A stretch of 64,000 nucleotides of DNA, from positions 1-64,000 of IMG/VR virus record IMGVR_UViG_3300021387_000189. The stretch is one strand, 5' to 3'. Source of the DNA: a virus. Taxonomy: Duplodnaviria; Caudoviricetes. Below the pieces are notes generated by a model. The model had not been told where the DNA came from. It ran no database searches and saw only the letters and a program-made list of their open reading frames with translations. Within the stretch, counting starts at the first letter, position 1. Each line of letters starts with the position of its first letter. The position numbers and the translations under genes were made by a program. Of this stretch, positions 55,007 to 63,818 are shown one piece after another.

Positions 55007-55606
55007 ATGCTCCCAGACGTCAATAATAATATCCCAGAGATGAAGCTGTATTGCTACTCTATTGATGGCTTTGCACATGTCATGAAGCAACTTGGCTATA
55101 GTCGTGATGATGAGAAGCTCTTGGAGAGAGACAATATAGCTGTCATCTCGATCTGTTGTACTGACACTAACCCAGAAGAGTACAAAGGACTGTTTGCTGA
55201 AGAGCATTACTTCCATAACAAGTCAGGCTCATCAAACGTATTGAACATTGAGTTTGACGATCTTGATCCAGCTACTTGGATTGGTCCAGAGTTTGATCCA
55301 GAAGAAGCTTCAGACAGAGACTTCTACTATGCTCCTGACACTCCTAATCCTCCAAGAGCTCTAGACTGGGAGCTCTCTGCAAAGATAGTGAAGTTCATAG
55401 TTAACAACTTAGGGAAAGACTTCTATGTCCATTGCTCTGCAGGAGTCTCTAGGAGTCAAGCGATAGTAAGATTCATCCTAGATGCTTTCTCTTGGCCTGG
55501 AAACGGTAGATATAACTACAAGACTAGGCCTGAGAATCCACCAGAGTTGCCAAACCAGCATGTCTTGAGGATGTTGAAGAGAACTTACTTGAAATGCATT
55601 CAATAA
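55007..55606 (+). CDS. dual-specificity / protein-tyrosine phosphatase-like protein
   Basis: VHCSAGVSRS (CX5R), FDD, PN..V. Confidence 0.85.
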   Translation: MLPDVNNNIPEMKLYCYSIDGFAHVMKQLGYSRDDEKLLERDNIAVISICCTDTNPEEYKGLFAEEHYFHNKSGSSNVLNIEFDDLDPATWIGPEFDPEEASDRDFYYAPDTPNPPRALDWELSAKIVKFIVNNLGKDFYVHCSAGVSRSQAIVRFILDAFSWPGNGRYNYKTRPENPPELPNQHVLRMLKRTYLKCIQ

Positions 55607-55619
55607 TATAACAAAGCCA

Positions 55620-55961
55620 ATGAGAGATATCATCATAACATTGCCATCAAGCATAGAGTGGAGTGACTATGAGAAAGAGCTTGATGCTGTTGCAGACTGG
55701 AAGCAAGTGATGAACTTCAAAGTTCCATTCTTGCCGAAGCAAGACATAGGCCGATGCTATGTTGTGTATAGAGGACAGCTGATAGGATGGATGCAATGTG
55801 TAGGAGCTGTGAGTAAAGGATCTTTCACCTGCTCTACTACTGGACAGCCATGGGAAGGTAACTTCATACAGCGTAGTGGTCCATTCCACTATCTTGACAA
55901 CCCAATGCCATTCAAAGGATTCCAAGGATGGAGATACTATGACGCAGATTACAGAGACTAA
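55620..55961 (+). CDS. hypothetical protein, possibly ASCH/PUA-like
   Basis: RCYVVYRG.LIG...PFKGFQGWRY resembles the ASCH C-terminus. Confidence 0.55.
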   Translation: MRDIIITLPSSIEWSDYEKELDAVADWKQVMNFKVPFLPKQDIGRCYVVYRGQLIGWMQCVGAVSKGSFTCSTTGQPWEGNFIQRSGPFHYLDNPMPFKGFQGWRYYDADYRD

Positions 55962-56009
55962 TCAACGTGTCAGACTATTGAAGTAGTCTAAGCTAACTAA
56001 GAACACCAA

Positions 56010-56753
56010 ATGAAGAAACTTGTATTAGTATTTTTACTTTGCATTCTCTCAATACCTTCTGCAGCAGGTATCAAAGACTGGTTCAAGGGTCCTGAAGAGT
56101 GGAATGCAGACAACATAGTGATGGTTCACTTGCAAGACTCTACTAAGTGGACTTGCAATCCTGACAAAGTCATCAAAGATGAGACATGTGACTCTATAGA
56201 CTTCTGGTGCTCTAAGTTGAAGAGAGACAAAGGAGTAGAGAGTGTCATCGTCATTGTCAAGAAAGTTGAGAATGAAGACTGTTTCAGAGTGGCTCAAGAC
56301 ATAGGCAACAAGTATGGTGTAGGAGACAAAGAGACAAGAAGAGGTCTTGTCATTGTGGTAGCATACAACCAGCACAAGTACTTCATTGCTACAGGTCAAG
56401 GCTTAGAGCAAGACTTGACTGATGCATCTTGCAATGAGATAGCAGAAAACTTCTTGAAGCCTGCTATGAAGAATGAGAATCCGGACAAAGCAATGCTCAA
56501 CACAGTCAAAGCTATATACAACTATCTAGACTATGGGGTTGCAGAGCTTTACAAAGGCCAGCAAGAGCATGACCGAATGGTGCTTGTTATAGTAATAGTG
56601 GTCATAGTGGTCATAATCATAATCTTAGCTATAATGACTAGGGGAGAGATTTTCTTCATATTCTTTGATGGGTCTAGCAGTGGAGGTGGATTCAGTGGAG
56701 GAAGCTTTGGAGGTGGCTCATTTGGAGGTGGCGGAGCAGGAGGCAGTTGGTAG
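56010..56753 (+). CDS. TPM domain protein (YgcG-like)
   Basis: Signal peptide, YGVGDK...RGLVI, IATGQGLE..LTD, TM helix, GGGSFGGGGAGGSW tail. Confidence 0.92.
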   Translation: MKKLVLVFLLCILSIPSAAGIKDWFKGPEEWNADNIVMVHLQDSTKWTCNPDKVIKDETCDSIDFWCSKLKRDKGVESVIVIVKKVENEDCFRVAQDIGNKYGVGDKETRRGLVIVVAYNQHKYFIATGQGLEQDLTDASCNEIAENFLKPAMKNENPDKAMLNTVKAIYNYLDYGVAELYKGQQEHDRMVLVIVIVVIVVIIIILAIMTRGEIFFIFFDGSSSGGGFSGGSFGGGSFGGGGAGGSW

Positions 56754-56775
56754 CATATTAAATGAAAATACAAAT

Positions 56776-57054
56776 ATGGAAATAATAGAAAATCAAGAAA
56801 GCTTAGCCTCTCATGCAGAGAAAGAGTTCAAAGAACTTAAAAAAGAGATAGATCTGACGAGAATCTACAAAGATGTTAACGGCAACTACTTGTTCATGAT
56901 TGAAGTCTTTCATACAGACGAATCATCTTTCGCTAAGTTTATCATGGTTGATCAATATGGCACTGTGGAGATTTATAATGACTATCAGGTCAAGCCTGCA
57001 GACATAAACCCAATACCTCAATTCTTGAGTCTTCTTAGAAAAAAAGGTATATAA
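56776..57054 (+). CDS. hypothetical protein
   Basis: 92-aa ORF from the internal ATG. Confidence 0.6.
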   Translation: MEIIENQESLASHAEKEFKELKKEIDLTRIYKDVNGNYLFMIEVFHTDESSFAKFIMVDQYGTVEIYNDYQVKPADINPIPQFLSLLRKKGI

Positions 57055-57137
57055 AATAGGCCTTTGTTGCTTTCTTATATCACACATTAACAATAAATAT
57101 AGTGGAGTCAGACACTCCACTTTTTGTGTTTACTACA

Positions 57138-57704
57138 ATGGATGATAGAGAGGACACTACGATGAGTCAGACACAAGATCTAGACATTGTCAACAAGGTC
57201 CCAGACGATGTGAAGTCTATGATGGCCTCTACATTTGTCAAGAGCTTCAACTCTATGCCTGCATGGCTGAGATGGGGCACTATCATTGCGGTCATAGTAG
57301 GAGTCTTCTATTTCACGGTGGCTCAAAAGTATATCACACAATATAGAGAAGACAATCAGATAGAAGTCATGCAACAGACTGTCTCTAAGTTGTCTGACAA
57401 AGTGCTTATTCTTGAAGAAGACCACCAAGATGCAATAACTTTGTATGAGAACATAGAAGAAGTCAGAGGAATACTTGCAGCATTTGAGACTGTAGAGAGG
57501 AGGAGATCTTCTAACTTGATCAAGTTCATAAAGAGGACCCACAGCAATGAATATGCATCAGCAATAGCAGACTTTGAAGACACTGACATAGACATACACA
57601 AAGAATATCAGGCTAAGATAGAAGAATTGTTCAATGCCAAGCTAAAGAAAAGAATGGAAGAACGAAGAAGAGCATTCAAAGAGAATAAAGATGACTCAAG
57701 CTAA
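57138..57704 (+). CDS. single-TM coiled-coil membrane protein
   Basis: One TM segment then heptads; AATAAATAT upstream. Confidence 0.65.
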   Translation: MDDREDTTMSQTQDLDIVNKVPDDVKSMMASTFVKSFNSMPAWLRWGTIIAVIVGVFYFTVAQKYITQYREDNQIEVMQQTVSKLSDKVLILEEDHQDAITLYENIEEVRGILAAFETVERRRSSNLIKFIKRTHSNEYASAIADFEDTDIDIHKEYQAKIEELFNAKLKKRMEERRRAFKENKDDSS

Positions 57705-57763
57705 ATAAGCGTTAATTTATATAAAAAACTCCAAACATTACAAAAGAGTGTCATAGAATCTGC

Positions 57764-57955
57764 ATGACACTCTTTTTTAGCATATTATTGATAATATATC
57801 TGATAGTTGGTGGCATAGTAGTCAGCCATGTGTTCAAGAAGCACATAGAAGAAGCAGAGAAAGAAGGAAATGCTGCAGGCAATATCTGTAATGCTATGCT
57901 TTTGCTTATCTTCATATGGCCTTTCTCATGGAAGATAGCTAAGCATGTCAAATAG
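57764..57955 (+). CDS. small two-TM membrane protein
   Basis: Hydrophobic ends, IFIWPF motif. Confidence 0.6.
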   Translation: MTLFFSILLIIYLIVGGIVVSHVFKKHIEEAEKEGNAAGNICNAMLLLIFIWPFSWKIAKHVK

Positions 57956-58015
57956 TAAGTATCAGAGCAATACAGAGCTATTGATAAATATGACAAACAC
58001 AACATTGTGTCTGTC

Positions 58016-58768
58016 ATGTATGTCATAGATAAGATTAAAGAGGTTCCAAAGATAGTATGGATAGTGATACTTGTTGCTTCTATAGTTCTTGGAATTGCAA
58101 TATGGAGAGACCTTTCATCTTCTAGATATGAGCCAGTTGTAATCAATCAGAAGACAGAGTACTATGAGAACAAGAAAGGAGAACTCTACAAAGCAAGTCT
58201 TGCTGCTATTCTTGAAGTCAAAGACTTGAAGAAGCAGTATGACGATTTGTATGATGAGTATCAGAAGCTCAAGAAAGACAAGCCTCTTGTCATCACTCAT
58301 ACAGTCACAGAGACAAAACTAGACAGTGTGCTGCTGCCAACAACGTTGTCAGCAGACAAGAGAACTATGTCATGGGAGTGGCATAAAGACATTTCAGAGA
58401 ACAACTTCATACACTTAGAAGGGCAGACAAAGATAGACTCTTTGATGGAGAGTGCTACTACTCTGATGAAGACTTTGAGAGTTGGCTCTGACCTTTATGT
58501 TGACTTCATCTCAAACCCTGACTACCCTAGCACTTTGCAAGTTGTAGCAAGATCAAACAACCCATATGTCAGCATACTAGACACTAGAGGCACAGTAGTA
58601 GATCCGCTTTCACATCCTGCATTCAAGAGCATATTGAAGAAGAATGAGAAGAAGTGGGTCATTGGTGTGCAAGCTGGCTATGGCGTAAGCTATGATGTCT
58701 CTAGGAAGACTGTTGGGACAGGACCTTACATAGGAATAGGAATAACAAAGAGAATCATTGCTTTTTAA
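58016..58768 (+). CDS. membrane-anchored protein, possible spanin-like lysis factor
   Basis: N-terminal TM, coiled coil, C-terminal KKWVIGVQAGYG...GPYIGIGI...F amphipathic beta strands. Confidence 0.55.
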   Translation: MYVIDKIKEVPKIVWIVILVASIVLGIAIWRDLSSSRYEPVVINQKTEYYENKKGELYKASLAAILEVKDLKKQYDDLYDEYQKLKKDKPLVITHTVTETKLDSVLLPTTLSADKRTMSWEWHKDISENNFIHLEGQTKIDSLMESATTLMKTLRVGSDLYVDFISNPDYPSTLQVVARSNNPYVSILDTRGTVVDPLSHPAFKSILKKNEKKWVIGVQAGYGVSYDVSRKTVGTGPYIGIGITKRIIAF

Positions 58769-61069
58769 ATGAGAGTAGTAAAAGACAGAGACATCCAAAA
58801 GCTTGGATTGAGCAATAAGGTAAAGAGACAATACAAAGATCGAGAGATTATAAAAAACAATGTCCTCTTTAGTTTCTTTAACATATATGATTGCTACAAG
58901 TATATCAAAGACAATATACCTGGATTTGCAGACTTGTTCTATTCTGAGAAATACGACTTTAACATATCAAGATCTATTAAGATTATACAGATAGTGTGTA
59001 GAGCAAACGCAAACATAAGCGTAGGAATAGTTCAAGACCCATGTGAAGAAAATGATAGACTCTACATATGCTCCGGCAACAATGAGAGACAGATGTTCAA
59101 TTACATGTCTAAGCATTGTCCAGAGTCAGTCATAGAAATAGAAAATACAGGTATGATGTCTGCTGCTAAATACTACTATGGAAATACTGACGATGATTGT
59201 CATAGCATGTCAAGTACTCTGCTAGATGTGACCATAAGCTATCTCAAGAAAGTTTCTTCTAGAAAATATCCAGAGTATCTACGGGTACCAGAGTCTAGGT
59301 TTAGTGGAGTACTAGAGTCGGCTAAGAAAGAGACAAAGCTGATTAAAGAGACTTGCAACCAGAAAGTGAATGCGCTAGAGTGGTTGAACGCCTTGAAGGA
59401 AAGCTCTGCTCTTGGCCTGTCAAAGAATATTAAGAAGAAGTTTGACAAAGTTGATGCAGTAGATAATGTGTTTGAGATCCAATTTGAAGATCCAGAAGTA
59501 GAACGCATATGTCATGATCATGATGTGTATACAATAGGAGATGCTATAAAAGTGTCTAGTATAAAAGAATGGTTCTCTAATAATGATAAGATAAAGTCAT
59601 TCAATGAGCTGAAATACTTTAAAAGTCTCAGTGTCATAGAAGATTATGCTTTTTCTTTTTGTAGCTCTCTTCAGACAGTCACTATCCCTAATAGTGTTGT
59701 CAGCATAGGATACAGAGCTTTTGAACAATGCAAGTCTCTTCAATCAGTTATTATCCCTAATAGTGTCACTAGCATAGGACCTGCATCTTTTTTTGTGTGT
59801 GGGTCTCTTCAATCTGTCATTATACCAAATAGTGTCACTAGCATAAAAGAAGGTACTTTTTGGGGTTGTGGTACTCTTCAGTCAGTCACTATCCCAAATA
59901 GTGTCACTAGCATAGAAAGAAGTGTTTTTAGCCTATGTAAGGCTCTTCAGACGGTTGTTATCCCGAATAGGGTCACTGGCATAGAAAAATATACTTTTTA
60001 TAAGTGTGAGTCTCTTCAATCAGTCACTATCCCAAATATGGTCACTATCATTGGAGATAATGCATTTCTTGAATGCAAGTCACTTAAGACTATAGTCATA
60101 CCGGACAGTGTCATTAGCATAGGAGATAATGCATTTTCAAATTGTGATGATCTTAAAAAAGTGTACATGTCGTCAAGTTGCAAAGCATTTGACAGAATTA
60201 TGTCTGAAATTAGAAAAAACTCTAAAGATACCATCATCATTGATCCTAACACCCAAAAACTCTTGAAAAAAGCCGAATTAGTTGAGAGTGTTGTTAGAGA
60301 GAACAAAGAGCCAAATATCACTAACTCTCAAGGGCAGGATGTCCCTGAGCTTGGCAAGCACGCAGAGAATGTCTACTTGCCTGATTGCCCATTCATGATA
60401 GGCAAAGATCAAGTAGATTGGTTTGAGTATTTCCAAAGAGAGAAAGAGAAGCACACAATCAAAGATGTTGATGACTTTGTGCAGTCAGCTAAGAAAGAGA
60501 CAAAGCTGATTGAAGAGTCTTGCAACCAGAAAGTGAATGCACTAGAGTGGTTTGTTGCTTTGAAGGAAAGCTCTGCTCTTGGACTATCAAAGAAAGTCAA
60601 TAAGACTTATAATCTAACACATGACAAGAATATAACTCTCAAGCAGCTCTGTGACTTGGTCAGAGCAAAAATCTATACAGCAGTTGGGTATCCTCCAGAC
60701 AAAAACGTGAAAGAAGTCCCTGCCATGCTCAGGCTGTACGATTATGGCTCCAGCTTGATTGTAGCTGACATGAGAGTAGACAAAGAATACGAATTCAATT
60801 GTGCTAAAGAGAGATTCAATGAGAGGATAGAGATTGAACAGAGAAGGCTTGATGGATATATGGCTGACCTAGCCAAGAAAACAAAAAGGAAGGAAGCCAC
60901 AGACTTACTGTTGGAGTGTATATCAAACACTAAGGCTTACATAGCTGGGCTGATTGCAGGAAGAGATATAATAGAGTCGCTTGGTTGGTATGTTTTCATG
61001 AATGCTATGCAGAATACAGAAGCTGAGATAGCTAGAGCTAAAGAATCTAAGAAAGGACAAAGCTTATGA
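58769..61069 (+). CDS. modular protein with BspA-type leucine-rich repeats and three LGL-motif linkers
   Basis: About 8 x 23-aa C.SLQSV.IPNSVTSI...AF repeats; IQKLGLSNKV and LKESSALGLSK twice. Confidence 0.85.
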   Translation: MRVVKDRDIQKLGLSNKVKRQYKDREIIKNNVLFSFFNIYDCYKYIKDNIPGFADLFYSEKYDFNISRSIKIIQIVCRANANISVGIVQDPCEENDRLYICSGNNERQMFNYMSKHCPESVIEIENTGMMSAAKYYYGNTDDDCHSMSSTLLDVTISYLKKVSSRKYPEYLRVPESRFSGVLESAKKETKLIKETCNQKVNALEWLNALKESSALGLSKNIKKKFDKVDAVDNVFEIQFEDPEVERICHDHDVYTIGDAIKVSSIKEWFSNNDKIKSFNELKYFKSLSVIEDYAFSFCSSLQTVTIPNSVVSIGYRAFEQCKSLQSVIIPNSVTSIGPASFFVCGSLQSVIIPNSVTSIKEGTFWGCGTLQSVTIPNSVTSIERSVFSLCKALQTVVIPNRVTGIEKYTFYKCESLQSVTIPNMVTIIGDNAFLECKSLKTIVIPDSVISIGDNAFSNCDDLKKVYMSSSCKAFDRIMSEIRKNSKDTIIIDPNTQKLLKKAELVESVVRENKEPNITNSQGQDVPELGKHAENVYLPDCPFMIGKDQVDWFEYFQREKEKHTIKDVDDFVQSAKKETKLIEESCNQKVNALEWFVALKESSALGLSKKVNKTYNLTHDKNITLKQLCDLVRAKIYTAVGYPPDKNVKEVPAMLRLYDYGSSLIVADMRVDKEYEFNCAKERFNERIEIEQRRLDGYMADLAKKTKRKEATDLLLECISNTKAYIAGLIAGRDIIESLGWYVFMNAMQNTEAEIARAKESKKGQSL
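59316..60594 (+). repeat. ~110-bp direct repeat (59316-59427 and 60483-60594) encoding the linker
   Basis: AGTC.GCTAAGAAAGAGACAAAGCTGATT.AAGAG.CTTGCAACCAGAAAGTGAATGC.CTAGAGTGG...TTGAAGGAAAGCTCTGCTCTTGG. Confidence 0.85.
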
Positions 61070-61881
61070 AAGAGTCATGTGTAATCAAGAGAGTGAATGC
61101 TTTAGAGTGGTACATGGCCTTGCAAGAGAACTCAAGTCTTGGTCTTGGTGATAAAGTCAAGAGGAAGTTTGACAAAGTTGATGCAATAGACAATCTGACG
61201 CAGATCCAATTTGAAGATCCAGAAGTAGAGCGTATATGCCATAAACATGGTGTATATACAATAGGAGATGCTATAAAAGTGTCTAGTATAAAAGAATGGT
61301 TCAATAAAAATAGGAAGATTCAGGCGTTCAACGAATTCAAATACTTTACAGGATTGAAAGACATAAAAAAATCTACTTTTGAAGGATGCACTAATCTTCA
61401 ATCAGTCATTATCCCAAATGGTGTCACTAGCTTAAGAAATTTTGCTTTTATGTATTGTGCTTCTCTCAAATCAATCTCTATTCCAAATAGTGTCACTAGC
61501 ATAGAAAACTGGACTTTTAGTCATTGTGAGTCTCTTCAATCAATCCGTATCCCAGATAGTGTTAATAAGATAGGAGGTCGTGCTTTTAGTAGTTGTTTTA
61601 ATCTTCAATCAATCACTATTCCAAGTGGTGTCAGCACCATGGTCTCATCTATTTTTATGAATTGCACTTCTCTTCAATCAGTAGTTATCCCAGATAGTGT
61701 CGCCATCATAGGAGATAATATATTTTCAAATTGTAAATTACTCAAGGACATATACATCTCTAAGAACTGTCCTGTATATAATCAAATAAGAAAACAATAT
61801 CCAGATATTCAGCTTATAGAACCTAAAGTGAATGAGTCATCTAGCTTAGGTCTCAGCAGCAAAGTCAAGAAAAAACTATGA
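61066..61881 (+). CDS. BspA-type LRR protein, paralog of the upstream gene; N-terminal part of a frameshifted gene
   Basis: Shares FDKVDA.DN...IQFEDPEVERICH.H.VYTIGDAIKVSSIKEWF with the upstream gene; about 6 LRRs; ends VNESSSLGLSSKVKKK. Confidence 0.85.
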   Translation: MKESCVIKRVNALEWYMALQENSSLGLGDKVKRKFDKVDAIDNLTQIQFEDPEVERICHKHGVYTIGDAIKVSSIKEWFNKNRKIQAFNEFKYFTGLKDIKKSTFEGCTNLQSVIIPNGVTSLRNFAFMYCASLKSISIPNSVTSIENWTFSHCESLQSIRIPDSVNKIGGRAFSSCFNLQSITIPSGVSTMVSSIFMNCTSLQSVVIPDSVAIIGDNIFSNCKLLKDIYISKNCPVYNQIRKQYPDIQLIEPKVNESSSLGLSSKVKKKL

Positions 61882-62323
61882 GGACACTCATGGACAAGGC
61901 ATAGATATAAAGCAGCTAGCAGATTTCATCAGGCAAAAAGTGTATGTTGCTGCAGGATATTCACCGGATGAAGACCCAGAAAAAGTAGACTATGACCTCC
62001 GAGTGTATGCAACAGGCAACAGCTTGGTGACAGATGGCATAAGAATCTGTGATGAAGAGAGCTTCTATTATGCTATTGACTTTATCAACTCTGACATAGA
62101 AAGAGAAAAAAGCAACATAAGCATCTTCAAGAACATCTACCTCCCTTTATATAAAGAGCGTGGAGAGAAGACAGTCGAAGCTTCAGCACTAGAAGCTATA
62201 GAAAAATCTAGTCGCCAAGTATCAGGGTTAACTGCTGCAAAGAATGAGCTAGAGACCATAGGATGGTTTGGGCTCTTGAAAGCAATGACAAACTCAAGAG
62301 AGCCTTTAATCCTTTGTACCTGA
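61870..62323 (+). pseudogene. frameshifted C-terminal module of the 61066 gene
   Basis: Removing one A from the A6 run at 61870-61875 gives KKNYEDTHGQGIDIKQLADFIRQKVYVAAGY, aligning with KTYNLTHDKNITLKQLCDLVRAKIYTAVGY of 58769..61069. Confidence 0.75.
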
Positions 62324-63685
62324 CAAAGTCTTCATCTTGTCTCTATATTCTATTCCAATATTGTCAAAGTAGCGTCTCAGGGACAATCCTACAATCTCTA
62401 GCGGCGTGCAGACACCACTTAGCTCTAGCAATGATGCGTCAACACTGAGCATCCTCATGAATGTAGTCTTGCTTACAAGGACACACTTGTGAGGAGTCAT
62501 TGTCTTGAGTTCTCCAATTGTCTGCTCTCCCCATGAGTCTGCAAATGACTTTGAGTCATCATCTTCAAGCTGTACAATACCTTTAGTAGAGTCTATGTAC
62601 AAGACTGCGTCTGTAATGTCTTGGAAGCCAGACAAGAAGAACCAGTCTTTGTCAGTGTTCGCTGCTACTAAGTGCACTATGTCTATCCATGACCTCTCTG
62701 AAGCATTGACTAGCATCACTTGCTTGCCAGTGTCAGGAACTTTCTTAGCTCTCTCATGTATGTCTACTTTAGGGAACACATACTGCTTCTCCATGTTGCA
62801 AAGATCCACTTTGTTGTCTGGAGTGTTGAACAACAGTATTGCTTCACCTTCTTTCTCTCCATTGCAGAATCTCTCAAATCTGTCAGCAGCTCGGTCTACA
62901 AGCTCAAACCACTCATGGAAGTACACTCTTGAGCTCCAGTCTCTCATCTTCTTCCTGATGTTGTTCCTTATCCAAGAGAAGTGATGCATCTTGAGCACAT
63001 TCCATTGAAACTCATAGTAGTCAGCTAAGTAGTGATCTACTACAGGCTTAGTCTTGGTGCTTGGGTCTTTGTACACTACATTGCCTTCTGCATCTCTCTT
63101 GAACACTTTAGGCCTCTCATATCTCCTAGTAGGATCTGATGCTTTAGGGAAGTCTCTTGACTGCCACTTGAATCTGTACTGTATCTTTGCTATGAATGGG
63201 ACATAGTTGCCATCATGGAATGGATAGACCAAGTAAGTCTTGTAGTCATCTGTCCTGCCAGAGCCAAAGTAGTTGAGGTACCTGCAGTATGACACTTCTA
63301 CATTGTTGTCATATATGTAGTCTCTTGCTCTCTGGAATGCATTGTGAGTGTAGAACTCATCAGAGTCTATGACTAGCTGGTGTGTGCATCCATTCTCTTG
63401 CAAGAAGTCAACAAGCTTGTTCCTCTTCTCACACTCTTGTACTCTAGTGAACTTAGTCTTGTCAGTCTCTATCCATATCATAGAGTCTACTAAGCCCTCT
63501 GACATAAGAGCCTTCACTTCTTCAACATCACTCTTGTCTATAGGATCTCCTAAGTAAGACTTCTCTTGAAGTCCTACTACAACAAAGTCAACTAAGTCTC
63601 TCACTTCTGATATGATGTTGTACAAGTGCTCAGTTCCTTCAAATGCATTTATTGCTAGTCCAAGCTTTTGCTTCTTCTCTTCCAT
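62306..63685 (-). CDS. glycosyltransferase family 2-like protein
   Basis: GT-A pattern: N-terminal beta strand, KRN, VIDSDEFY (DxD), HHFSW.R...RKK. Confidence 0.75.
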   Translation of the reverse strand: MEEKKQKLGLAINAFEGTEHLYNIISEVRDLVDFVVVGLQEKSYLGDPIDKSDVEEVKALMSEGLVDSMIWIETDKTKFTRVQECEKRNKLVDFLQENGCTHQLVIDSDEFYTHNAFQRARDYIYDNNVEVSYCRYLNYFGSGRTDDYKTYLVYPFHDGNYVPFIAKIQYRFKWQSRDFPKASDPTRRYERPKVFKRDAEGNVVYKDPSTKTKPVVDHYLADYYEFQWNVLKMHHFSWIRNNIRKKMRDWSSRVYFHEWFELVDRAADRFERFCNGEKEGEAILLFNTPDNKVDLCNMEKQYVFPKVDIHERAKKVPDTGKQVMLVNASERSWIDIVHLVAANTDKDWFFLSGFQDITDAVLYIDSTKGIVQLEDDDSKSFADSWGEQTIGELKTMTPHKCVLVSKTTFMRMLSVDASLLELSGVCTPLEIVGLSLRRYFDNIGIEYRDKMKTLSGTKD

Positions 63686-63741
63686 TCTGCTCTATATATC
63701 ATATGAAAGCAGAGCCTTTGGAATTTTAAATCCTGATAAGG

Positions 63742-63810
63742 AATGTTAAAGAAATATAATTATCATTGAAGTATTTCACTAGTTATGATATTATGTGTAT
63801 ATTTGCAGCA
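63742..63810 (+). promoter_or_regulatory. Bacteroidota-type early promoter
   Basis: TGTTAAAG, then TATATTTGCAG at 63798. Confidence 0.65.
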
Positions 63811-63818
63811 TCAAACAA

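Noticed and set aside
59316-61302. Diversity-generating retroelement template/variable repeat pair
   Set aside because: No reverse transcriptase in the window, both copies are coding, and the differences are not confined to adenines
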